NCBI RefSeq assembly: GCF_000143415.4
Contig: NW_003314273.1
Span: forward strand, 2,352,010 to 2,416,009
Source: Selaginella moellendorffii
Lineage: Eukaryota; Plantae; Lycopodiophyta
Reading direction: 5' to 3'
DNA: 64,000 bases
The notes beneath the pieces are model-generated. The model made no database searches. It was not told the origin of the DNA and saw only the letters and a list, made by a program, of their open reading frames with translations. A program made the position numbers and the translations under genes. Below, in pieces: positions 37,578-48,512 of the stretch; the first letter of the stretch is position 1, and the number at the start of each line of letters is the position of its first letter.

Positions 37578-40424
37578 TCACAGCGAAGAGATTTCGAACT
37601 GGCAGTTTCCATCCGGCTCGGGCCGAGCAGCACAAAAGTGTTGCTGCAACAAGCAAATCTTAGATCGATGAAGAGCTATCTCTTAAGCACTACTTACCGG
37701 ATTGTTTTCCGAAGGGAAGAGTATTGGACGACACCTTTTGTCCTCGTTCATGAGGCTCGAGTTTTGGAAGTGTGCGACCAGCGCGGCCTTGCCTTGGATC
37801 CGTGCGTAGGCGAGAGAAGCAACCTTTTCGCTGTTGAACTTCTCCCACTTCTTGCCGTTAAAACTCTGAAAGTCACAGAGCGAACAACAAGGATTACAAC
37901 CAGACGAGCGAGAGAATTGATCGAACCTTGTAAAAGGGGACGATGTGAGCTGGCTCGGTCATGTTGATGAATGCATAGCCAACGTTGCATTTATTCTGCA
38001 CAGGCAAAAGCCGGTCAATACCAGGGAAACACTTTTGCTCGCCTAAAATCACCTTAAAGTCAATTGGTAAATAGATGAAATCGTAGGTACCACGGTGGTG
38101 CTCGTCAATTGTCGACAGAAGCAGCTTTGATGTGTACCTAAAAGCCGAAAAACGTAAATATCACCGCAAGACTGCTCTGTTCGGAATGCTTACTTGTTTG
38201 GTATGTTTTTTATCATCAGCGTCGTCCGCAAGTCATTCCCGAGGAGGATGCGTTCCAAGTCCAGCTGATACTTCTTGTTCTCCGCAAGCCCCGCAGAAAT
38301 TTCACCCCTCCGGCTCTTGCAACGTTCGCTAAAATTATCCAGTGACCCAGCACCATTGACAAATGGACCAGTTCTATATAGCGGTCCCAACCGTGAAGAA
38401 TCCACAAGGCCACTGAAAGCCTGATTGGATCCTTTCATATTCAGGCCCCCAACCGGTCCTGACCATGACATGCCGGGCAAGTCAGTGAAGAAGCCATTGT
38501 GACCGTCGACTAGCTTTCGATCCGCAAAGGCTGCGGAAAGTTCCATACTCGCCCGGGTGGAGTCCAAATGCCTGTCTCCCACAAAACTCTGTAGTTGAGA
38601 ATGGAACGGACTGGAATTACTCCAGAGTGACTGCTCTGTGATTCTCGTACCCGTAAGAACTGCACAGTCGAAATGTCAGTCACACCGTAACGAGAAAGAT
38701 AATATCTTCGCACCTCTGGGCGAGTGGTCGAGCGATGCCGACACTTCTCGTAAGCTAGAGGGTATTCTCTGGTCATACACACCAAAACTGGTGGGGTCCT
38801 GGTCAGAGATCTGTAAAGATGAAAATTGCTGACGCATGAAGTGACCAGAGGACCGACCGAGAGAATCAGGAATGTTAACATGTAATGGAGAAGAGACCCG
38901 GGCAGGAACGCTACCAACACCGTTTGGATGCTTGCTAGCAAAGGAGCCGAATGAAGAGTGCACAGCTCTTATTCCTGGATCATTCATTCGAAGCGTGCTG
39001 CTTCCCCAGTGTGGTGATTGCCCTGCCGCAAGGTATTACACTTGAAACACGTAAGCATGTATGCAACTTCAGGAAGCATACCTGAAGGTGACGAGTCCAA
39101 AGGTGTCTGCATCTGCTGGCACCGAAACTCTTCCTGCTCCAGCTCGTGGGTGAGCTGTTGCATTAAGCTGAAACAATCGCTTCAAAACTCTGTTTCCTGG
39201 CTTCCACACAGACACGTACCTCCTACGAGCACCACCAGGGCGACTGGGTTCCAGTTTGATACGTTTCCCCGCAATATCGCTTCTGTTCAGCGCTCTTAGC
39301 GCCGCTTCAGCTGCCCTGACATCGTAAAACTCAATAAATTTATGATGCTTCTTGTGTGGTGTCTCGCGTATCTGAATTACAAAAGAGAGTTGCATACGTA
39401 AACGTTGTCACCGAAAAGACAAGCATACCTCTTTAATTTCTCCATAGACACCAAAAATTTGTCTCAGGTCGTCGTTTGTGACTGACGTGTCCAGATTAAA
39501 TACAACTAGCGTCCCCTGGTTGACATCTTTATCGGACGGGTTATCCTGACGAAGCGAGCATTAGCGTAAGAAGCAACTCAGAAATTCTGAGTACCTTCGG
39601 TATTGAAAAGTGGATGTCCAGCTTTCTTCGACGTAGAGGTTTGTTCTGGAGACCACGCATGGCACTCCGGGCAGCCCGGATGTCGTAATACGATATCATC
39701 ACAAATCCGCGGTGTTTACAAGCGGTATACAGCGTACGAATATCACCATATTGCTTAAAAGAAGAGAAGGTAAAAACCAAAACGTGTGTCACGCGCGCTC
39801 AAGAAAACCGAAAACAAATGCAGCCTCACCTCAAAAAGTGCTCGAAGCTCCGCATCCTCAACGTTACTGTTGATGTTGCGAACAAAAAGCGTTCTAGAGG
39901 GATGTTCTCCATACGGGTGTTCTCCTGCCAAAACATTCCCGGTAAAGTTCCCGTTTGTGCCTGCGATGTCACCCTCCAGCTCCATTCCACCACCACTGTT
40001 GAAAAAATCGAACTCATCATCGTGAAGAGAGCCCAGATTGTATCCAGAATCGGCTAAAAGGTCCTCTTCGGCATCCGGAAGGAGAGTCCCCAAGGCATGC
40101 GACTCGAGCTCTTGCATAGAACCAAAGATGTCGTCACTCTCCACATCCTCGGAAGCAAGCGGCTCTAGACAATCGCAAAAGTGATTCTATCAGAAAACAG
40201 GAACTCGAGGAACGAGAGAACTCACGTCTTTCAAGAACTAAGTTTGGCAGCGAGCAAGGAGCACTGAGAAGGCGATTTAACTGTGAAGTGGCCGAGAACA
40301 TCGACGATCCAACTGGCGCATCAAAATTCTGGAATTCATTGCTACACCATCCGGAGTCCGAGAAAGCTCCAAATTCCCGCCCGCCAGCGTGACTGGGGAA
40401 GAGCTGCGAGGTATTGGACGCCAT
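37578..40424 (-). CDS. AML: MEI2-like RRM RNA-binding protein, copy 2
   Basis: Same three RRM motifs and matching intron layout as copy 1. Predicted start MASNTSQLFP and end ...GNCQFEISSL*. Confidence 0.95.
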
Positions 40425-40436
40425 CCAGGCAGCCGA

Positions 40437-40735
40437 TCCTGCGCGAACACTCACGCTCATCAGCACATCATCAAAACCCTAGAGCATGGGAAAAACAGAG
40501 TCTAAAGCTCGCGGCAGTGGAGCGCCGCAAATTCGAGCTCCCCGAGCTCGCCAGGGCCGAAATTTCGAGAATGGAGGCGCGAGGGACACTCACATGACGT
40601 GAATCGCAGCATTCCGGAGCTTAGATCGATCGCGCCGAGATGAGGAACACGATGCGCTCGCCGCCGCGCCCGCCGCTGCTGGTGCCGCCAGGGATTCCTC
40701 CCCCCCCGCCAGCGTCCAAGAGCACTGCTCGCCAT
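40437..40735 (-). other. Predicted spliced upstream ORF (47 aa) in the AML copy 2 leader
   Basis: ATG at 40735 to 40594 gives 47 codons plus T. Intron 40593-40439 (GTGAG...CAG); the next exon starts GA, so TGA forms across the junction. Confidence 0.55.
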
Positions 40736-40770
40736 TTTTGCCTAGTCGATCGAAGCACAAAGAAAGGGGC

Positions 40771-40830
40771 ACACACCCTCTCTCTAGCCCGCGGGCAGGG
40801 CGGGCAGCCACGGGCAGCCACGGGCAGCCA
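40771..40830 (-). promoter_or_regulatory. Conserved non-coding element upstream of AML copy 2
   Basis: Same 28-nt core as 34467-34494, plus three CGGGCAGCCA repeats (40801-40830). Confidence 0.6.
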
Positions 40831-41800
40831 GTCAGGGGCCGGGCATCATCTTATCCCAAAATGTCTCTGTCTTTGACATTAAATCCCGCGAAACAAACAT
40901 ACTTATCACTTTTAAAAGCCCGAGCTCGAAGAAATAAAATCGTCCTAAACGCTAAACAAGAGAAGATTAGCCTCGAAGTCGAGGAACTTGGAAAATCAAA
41001 GAAATCCAAAGCCTCGAAAACATTACCACATCACCTAGTCGATCAAGCGCTGCAAAGCTGGAAGAAAATAGTCTGTACAGACAGAAGAACAGTACCTATC
41101 AGAACGAGCAGCGATTCGAAAAACACGAAAGAAGCCTTTCCAGTCTCGAGAAGGCGAAGAGGATTACTACTAACAAAGCACAAGGAGAGAGTACTGATTA
41201 GAGTCTCAATCACCCAAGACGCAGAGAAAGCAAAAGATCTCGCAAGAACACGGACAAAGCAAAAGAAAATAAAACTTCGAGACGCGAATCTCACCGGGTG
41301 AGTCGCGATCCGTTTTGATGTGTCCGCTCGCAGTGGCTGCAGCCAATCCGAATGGATCCGTTCGTGTGCATCGATGAACGGGCTCCACGCCAGTTTATCC
41401 CTGGAAAATGGAAAACTCCCTCCAATTAGCACAAGCAATACTTCACATCACCTGATGTTTACCTGATGTTTATGTTGCTAGTGAGATAAGCTTCCACCAC
41501 TGCTCGCTAGTACAATAATGTAGGCAGGCGCCTTTGCTTTCCCTTTCGCTACTTTTTATCGCTCCTCTCTCTCTTGCTTCACTGCGAGCGAGAAAAATCC
41601 ATCGCGGATGAGATGAGTAGCTCTAGTTAGCTATAGATACAATGAGATCATTTACCAGCTGCTGAGCTGTTGTGTGATCCCTGATCCCTGCTGTTGATCA
41701 TAACTCCTCCACCAGACACCACGGCAGCCTGGTTTTCTTCTTTTTTCGTAACCTCTCTTCCCAGGAGTGCTCCAGACCCGAGGAGAGGATCAAAGCGCTC

Positions 41801-43060
41801 ATGGCCTCGGTCGATTGTTTCTCCAGCCAAATCGAGCACATCTACTCCAAGTCTGCAAAATCCAAGCCCAGCGGTAAACTGTCAGTGTTTCTGAAAGAAC
41901 GGTATTTAGCTCGACGAGAAAAAAACCTGTCTGTGCAGGAAATCCGGTGCTCAAAATCAGTTTTATAACACTGTCTATTGCTGTGGCTCTTGGAGTTTCG
42001 TATATAGCTCCACCTCCCGCAAAGATATGCGGGACACTGCATGGCCCCGCTGTTACCACTTCTCGACTCCGCTTTCCAGATGGTCGACCCGTTGCTTACG
42101 CTGAAAGAGGTGTCTCCAAGAACGATGCAAAGCACAAGGTTGTTGTTGTTCACGAGTACGGAGGCACTCGCTTGGATCTTTTCCCCTGCAACGAGGTAAG
42201 ATATATTCAAGCCAGCTAACAGTGCAGTAAGCAGCGAACCTGTGCAGGAAAAATTGGAGGAGCTCGGTGTGTATATGGTGAGCTTCGATCGAGCTGGATA
42301 CGGCGAAAGCCACCCCTTCCCGCACCGTTCTATTGCGTCCGAGGTTCAAGACATGGAGCACTTGGCAGATGCACTTGAGCTTGGACCGAAGTTTTACGTG
42401 ATAGCCATTGGTGTTGGTGCATACGCCGGCTGGGGTTGCATTCAATACATTCCCAACAGGTACAATGCCTTGAGAATGGCTGCAAATGCAACTAGCAATG
42501 TGTTTCAACAGGATAGCAGGACTTGCGATGATTTCACCTGTTGCAAACTTCTGGTGGCCAGGCTTAGCTGCTACTTCTCAAGGGCTCGAGGCTTTAGAGG
42601 CCGCCGATAGATACACTCTCCAGGTAGCACATTATGCTCCTCGGTTCCTCTACCATTACACAAGGCAAAAATGGTTCCCTTCATCAAACATGGAGAAACT
42701 TAGTCAGGTATGTAATATTAAAAGAGCAACTCACGGACTCGAGGTTCCCAGGTTTCGGAGCTTGCGATACAGCAGGGAATACACGAATCCATTCACAGAG
42801 ATCTGATGATTCAATTTGGAAGCTGGGAGTTCGATCCAGCGGCACTCCACAATCCTTTTGTCGGTGATGCGGTTCACGTATGGCAGAGCAGCGAAGATCC
42901 CTTCTTCCCATCAAGCTGGAAGGCACGGCTGAAAATTAAACTCCCATGGGTTCAGTACCATACAATACCCGGGAAAGCTCGTGATTCGTGGCTTCAAGTT
43001 GCTGGTTTGCCTGAAAAAATGCTTGTTAGCCTACTACCTGGCAATCAAACACATGCCTGA
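41801..43060 (+). CDS. Plant alpha/beta hydrolase family protein with degenerate active site
   Basis: KICGTLHGPAVTTSRLRFPDGRPVAYAERG, VSFDRAGYGES, QQGIHESIHRDLMIQFGSWEFDP, KLPWVQYH. The nucleophile elbow reads AIGVG (no Ser). Confidence 0.85.
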
Positions 43061-43203
43061 ATCCTGTTGGTTGGGCATACTCCGAGCCGTGGTACAAAAC
43101 TTTATTTCAAGGTACCGTCCTGGTCGGAAGCTCGTGGAGTTCATAAATCTGCTATAGACAACACGTTATTGTGAAAAGAACTAGCAAATTGTCTTACAGC
43201 GAT

Positions 43204-43247
43204 GTTCGTCTTGGTGAACTGGCGAGTTCGTCTTGGTGAACTGGCGA
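43204..43247. repeat. Perfect 22-bp tandem duplication
   Basis: GTTCGTCTTGGTGAACTGGCGA occurs twice. Confidence 0.9.
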
Positions 43248-43335
43248 AAATCCATTCGTTGCGACGGTCTGTCCTTCCTGACGACAATATTCATAGCAGA
43301 GCCGATGCAAAGCATCAACTCTACCTGAAAAGCCG

Positions 43336-45066
43336 TTAACTGCTGGCACAGAACCGGTACTGCCGCATCTCTGCTTGCTCCAGCTCTGGCATCAGCAACT
43401 GTACAACTTCCAGCCTGTTGAGCCTCCGAGCATGGTTCACAAGCGTCTGCAAAGTATTCATTTGAGGGCTATGTCCACTGGCTTTCATCTCCCTCAGCAT
43501 CGAGCATGCCTGGTCAATGTGACCAGCGCGGCCGAAAGCTTCCACCAGATTGCAGTACGAGCTGCGGTCCAGCGAAACGTTTCTGCCCTCCATTTCCTTG
43601 ATCAGCTCAAAGCAAGCTTGGAGCCTCCCCACCTTGGCCATCCTGACCACAATCGTGTTGTACGTGTAATGGTCCGGCACGAGGCGCTGCTCCAGCTTGA
43701 GCTCCTCAAAGGCTTTCCAGGCCTCATCGACTTTCCCAACTTTTCCCAGCAAGTCGATGATGATGTTGTAAGTGATGAGATCGTGAACAAAGCCTCCCGC
43801 GGCCTTGAGATCGTAATAGAGCTCGAGCGCTACTTCCGGCTTGCCGACTTTGTTCAGTCTGGTCATGATCACGTTGAGAGTGAGCGAGTTGGGATAGAAG
43901 TTCATCTTCATCAAGTCCCGGACCAAGGTATGCGCTGCATCCACTTCCCCAGACCTCCCAAACGCATCCATCAGGATCCTGAAAGCCCTCTCCCCGGGCG
44001 AGCAGCCATAAGACACCATCTTCCTTACCAAGTCCGCGGCTTGAGCAGTTTTCCCGGCTTTGCAAAACGTGTCGAGAAGAACGTTGAAGGTGACAATGTT
44101 GGGCTGGCACTTGTTCGCTACCATCTCCTCAAACACCTTGGCCGACGCTTCCAAGTTCGTGGTGTTTCCAATCCCTTCCATGACGAAGTTGTACGTGTAA
44201 ACGTCCGGAGGATAGCCTTTCTCGGACATCTCCCTGGTGTACTTGAGCGCCTCGTCAACTTTGCCGAGCTTGCAGAGGCTGTTGATGACAACGTTGTACG
44301 CAAATCTATCCGGCTTGTTCCCGGCCCAGATCATGTTCTTGAAGATCAGAGGCACCACCTGGAAACACCCGGCCTTGACGAGCTTGTGCATCACGTACTT
44401 GTAGTGCTTCATGGCCGGCTTCTCCGAATGCTCGAACACATCGAAGAACTTCAAGGCCTTTTCGATCTCGCCACCGTCGAAGTAGCACTGGAAGAGGATC
44501 ATGTACGTGATCTCGTTCTTCGCGACCTTGGCCTTGGCCATGTCGGCGTGGAGCTCCTCCATCATCCGGAAGTTCTTGGCATCCCCGAGAGTCTTCATCA
44601 TCATGTTGTAGACGTAAGTGTCGTTGTAGTACTTTGGCTGCGTCTTCGCCCACCGGAAGAGCTTGAGCGCGGCCTCCTCGCCGATGCGCTGCTTCAAGAT
44701 CTCACAGACGTGGTATGGCCGCAGCCTCTTCACTCCGGATGATCTTAGCAGCTCCTCGGCGGTCCACCACCCAAGCTCCCCCTTCCTGATCGCCTTGGTC
44801 ATCTCCACCACGAACTGGAGATCCTCGTTCACGGGCTCCCACATGAAATCGCTGGTGAGCACGTCCTTCCGGTGGGAATCCAGCGAAATCTTCTTGAGTG
44901 GACTCTCCAGCCGGCTCCTGCTGATGTCCCTGCTGAGAGAATAGGGCGATGGGAGAGTGACGCAGGGACGTCGCCTCACCAGCAGCGATTCCGCCTCCAT
45001 CGACAGGAATCGCACCAGCCGGATGCTCGCTGCCGCATTCTTCCTTGTGATCGCGAGGAACCCCAT
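43336..45066 (-). CDS. P-type pentatricopeptide repeat protein (576 aa, intronless)
   Basis: Repeated 35-aa units (PDRFAYNVVINSLCKLGKVDEA, PDVYTYN, PNIVTFNVLLDTFCKAG, PDHYTYN); organellar-type N-terminus. Confidence 0.95.
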   Translation of the reverse strand: MGFLAITRKNAAASIRLVRFLSMEAESLLVRRRPCVTLPSPYSLSRDISRSRLESPLKKISLDSHRKDVLTSDFMWEPVNEDLQFVVEMTKAIRKGELGWWTAEELLRSSGVKRLRPYHVCEILKQRIGEEAALKLFRWAKTQPKYYNDTYVYNMMMKTLGDAKNFRMMEELHADMAKAKVAKNEITYMILFQCYFDGGEIEKALKFFDVFEHSEKPAMKHYKYVMHKLVKAGCFQVVPLIFKNMIWAGNKPDRFAYNVVINSLCKLGKVDEALKYTREMSEKGYPPDVYTYNFVMEGIGNTTNLEASAKVFEEMVANKCQPNIVTFNVLLDTFCKAGKTAQAADLVRKMVSYGCSPGERAFRILMDAFGRSGEVDAAHTLVRDLMKMNFYPNSLTLNVIMTRLNKVGKPEVALELYYDLKAAGGFVHDLITYNIIIDLLGKVGKVDEAWKAFEELKLEQRLVPDHYTYNTIVVRMAKVGRLQACFELIKEMEGRNVSLDRSSYCNLVEAFGRAGHIDQACSMLREMKASGHSPQMNTLQTLVNHARRLNRLEVVQLLMPELEQAEMRQYRFCASS

Positions 45067-45312
45067 GGGAAAATCCCGAAGAACCCTAAATTTCGCTTGG
45101 CCGATCGCACCACATCGCCTAGCTGCTCAGCGATCCCACACTTCGTCCAGGAAGAATCGATCGAGCTGCGTGAAACCTCAAATCGTCGAGCCACAGCGAT
45201 GCCTCCATCGCCGGGAATCAGTGACACTGCCGCATTTTCTTCCTGAATGTGATATCTCCCGCCTAGCTCCTCAAGAACCCTAATTCTCGGCTAGGGTTTC
45301 TGGGCAGCGAGG

Positions 45313-45540
45313 ATGTGGATCTTGCTCGAGGCCGTGCTGCTGATGCTCAATAGCATCGCGATCTTGAACGAGGAGCGATTCCTGGCGCCGCACGGGTGGG
45401 GTTTTGGCGACATGTCGCAGCACGGCAGCCAGACGCTCAAGGGGCAGATCATTGGCTTCATTCACGCTGTCCAATACTTGCGCATGCCGCTCATCTTCTT
45501 CAATCTCATCGCCATCACTTCGATGCTTCTCTTCGGCTGA
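45313..45540 (+). CDS. Yos1-like (IER3IP1 family) small ER/Golgi membrane protein
   Basis: LLEAVLLMLNSIAILNEERFLAPHGWG...LKGQIIGFIHAVQYLRMPLIFFN...LLFG. Confidence 0.92.
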   Translation: MWILLEAVLLMLNSIAILNEERFLAPHGWGFGDMSQHGSQTLKGQIIGFIHAVQYLRMPLIFFNLIAITSMLLFG

Positions 45541-45656
45541 GCTAAGATCGATCGATCGATCCCAGCTAGAAAAAGGAGAAAATGTATGGCGCTTTTCTAG
45601 CTAATCAAATTTGCCGCAAACCCTAATTCCTGAACCCTAGGAGGGGAGGAAGAGCG

Positions 45657-46701
45657 ATGGCGTTCGCGGGCGCCTTGGGCAGTGAGGTGAGATTTTCCCT
45701 CTTTGTTCTTCCGATCGATCCACACTCTTGGCGCTGCGCAGTTGGGCCTCCGATTGCTGCTATCGCCTGCTGGAACAAACATTGTTGTGCGCACGGCAAG
45801 GTTCTCTTCTTCTTTTTCTTCGCTTCTCTCGCATTCTAAGATTTGGATTTCCATCCAGTGTTGGAATTGGGATCGGCTTTCCAGTGTATTCCACATTCAA
45901 GGCCATTGAGAGGAAGAATCAAGCAGAACAGGAGGAATGGCTTGTCTATTGGACTGGTAGAAATTCCTTCTTGTTTTTCTCCCTGTTCTTCATGTTTTGT
46001 GGTGTGCAGTGTATGGATGTTTCACTGTAGCGGAAATCTTCTCTGATTCCCTTCTCTCCTGGTAAGTTTTGTTTTTTTTTTCTGCTCAGAGATTCTTCAA
46101 TCCTCGTATGTTTTCTCTCGCGCAGGTGTCCATTCTATTACCACGCAAAGCTTGTTTTCCTTGTTTGGCTACAATTCCCACACAACTACGTACGTCTGTT
46201 CCATTTTTTTCTGCTCTTTCTCACTCCGATCTTTGCTTTTCTTTCCTTGCTTGTAGGGAGCAAGGCATGTTTTCAAGGTGTTTCTAAAGCCTCTGTTCGT
46301 GAAACACAAGCCTCAGCTCGACAGGATCGTCGAGGGAACACGCTCAGATCTCGTAAGCTCATAGGAGTTCGATCGATTCCTACATTTCTGATGAGCTCCT
46401 GGATTTTGCAGGACACTTTCGTCAAGACCACAAAGGAGAGAAAAGAAGTCCAAGCTATCGTGCACACAACGAAAAATCTCGCTCTCTCAGGTAAAACTCC
46501 ACACAGTCTAAGAATCAAAGGCAAACTTTTTCTTCTCCTCATTACATTTTTTCTTTTTTTTTTTACTTCCTCTTCTAAGCGTACCATTCTCTCGGCGATT
46601 TGATCAAAGGCCACAACGATAACAGTATCAGAGGAAACGATGAAGATCAAACAGATCAAACCTGGGTTCACGTTCGCAGAGACGAAGATCAAGATGAATG
46701 A
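45657..46701 (+). CDS. HVA22/TB2-DP1 (REEP/Yop1) family protein, HVA22k-like, multi-exon
   Basis: Exons give LGLRLLLSPAGTNIVVRTA, VGIGFPVYSTFKAIERKNQAEQEEWLVYW, YGCFTVAEIFSD, PFYYHAKLVFLVWLQFP and GARHVF. Confidence 0.88.
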
Positions 46702-46854
46702 CGAAGATCAAGATAGACTATAGAGTTTTTAGAATATTCGGTTCTACGAAGGGGAATCTTTTCGCTTTATGTTGATGCCACAAGGATATGCTGTTCTTGT
46801 TCTAGGGCTAGGTCTCTCTTGGCTAGGGCATTGGTTCTTGGCTCCTCCGGCGCC

Positions 46855-47774
46855 ATGGCTTCGTCGCTGATCCGGGATCTCGGGAGGAAGCTGGCTCCGC
46901 GCATTGCATCGGCGGCGGCGGGGTCGACGTCGTCCTTCCACACCTGCTCCTCCGGTCTCTCTCGGGGCGCGGCGTGGAGCGCGAGCAATGCGATGGCGAA
47001 CTGGGATTGGGAGAAGCAAGAGAAATCCTCCTGGGGCAGCTGCGCCACTCCCTGGAGCTATTCCACCACACGAGGTAAGCAAATTCTCGCAAGAAGGGGG
47101 GAAAAGCTTCCATCTTTTGATCGATCTATCCAGGCTGCGCACTGACGCGAGGGAGCGAGGCGCTGACGCGAGGAGGCGAGGACTCATCGCCCTTCCTCAC
47201 GGCGCTGCGCAACCCCACCGCCAACATTGTCTACGACGAGAGCGTGGTGGAACGCTACCCGCCCGGCGACCCCGACCGAGCGGCCTACATCTACTTCGTC
47301 GCCACGGGCACCCGGTTCGTCTACGCGGCGGCCATCCGCGTGTTCATCCTGCGCCTCATCATGACCATGTCCGCCAGCGCCGACGTGATGGCGCTCTCGA
47401 GCCTGGAGGTGGATCTCAGCAACATCATCGAGGGCTCCACGATCACGGTCAAGTGGCGAGGCAAGCCGGTGTTCATCCGGCGCAGGACCCCGGACGAGGT
47501 GGCCACCGCCAACAGCGTTCCCGTGAACTCTCTCCGCGACCCTCAGCAGGACGCGGAGCGAGTGGTGAATCCCGAGTGGCTCATCGTGATCGGGGTGTGC
47601 ACGCATCTGGGATGCGTGCCGCTGCCAAACGCGGGGGATTACGGAGGCTGGTTTTGTCCCTGCCATGGATCGCACTACGACGTGTCTGGGCGAGTGCGCA
47701 AGGGGCCAGCGCCGCTCAACCTCGAGGTGCCCGAGTATAAGTTCATCTCGGACACGACTGTGTTGATAGGGTAG
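46855..47774 (+). CDS. Mitochondrial cytochrome bc1 Rieske iron-sulfur subunit
   Basis: [47 protein letters not shown] and [10 protein letters not shown] boxes; one intron at ~47074-47132. Confidence 0.97.
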
Positions 47775-48512
47775 AGAGGGAAGAGGCGAGCACCAGAATC
47801 TCCAAGGCAAGAAGAAGAGACCCCATTTTTCTCTAAGAACTTTGCTATGTTGACGAAGAAGAAGATGAGCTGAGCAGCGGCTGCCTGGCATCTTGTTGGT
47901 TTTCTTTCCAACCAGAGAATAAGAGTGAGATTGTAAACTTGTAGCTTGTGTCATAAAAAAGTCACTGGATCTAAGTTCATATAAACCAAAGTTAATAAGT
48001 GTAAAACTACATTAAATGAGCATTAAACTACATTAAACTAGAATATACTAGATAGTGTTTAGAAAAGTTTATAAACTATAAACATGTTTATAAATTATAA
48101 ATATAAAATTAATCTAAATGAATAAATAGTAAAGTATCTCAAGAATATCCAAAACTTCCAGCATAAAATGTCACGTTCTTGGGTGGATCCACCTAAGTGA
48201 GTAAAATTTTTATAGATGGAGCCTCTGCTCTATGAAACAGTGAATCAAAGTTTCTATAGAAAATGTATCAATGTATGTGTGTTTTCGCCATATATTGTAA
48301 CTTTTTTCCACTATGATGTTCAAAGGATTTTCTGAAATGGATTTATAAAATATAGAGAATGTGGTGGTGGTCTTCTATAAACTTCCACTGTAGGCAAATG
48401 GAGAGAATAGAATATTACTTATAGAGCTCCAAAGCTACATCTGGAATAGCTTGGACACAAAATAGTCCACACTCCTCACTATATAAACTTTCATTTCTCA
48501 AATCTCTCCACA

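Noticed and set aside
43375-44742. 455-aa ORF antisense to the PPR gene (likewise 52018-53352)
   Set aside because: Shadow ORFs from GC3-biased codon usage on the opposite strand; no motifs.
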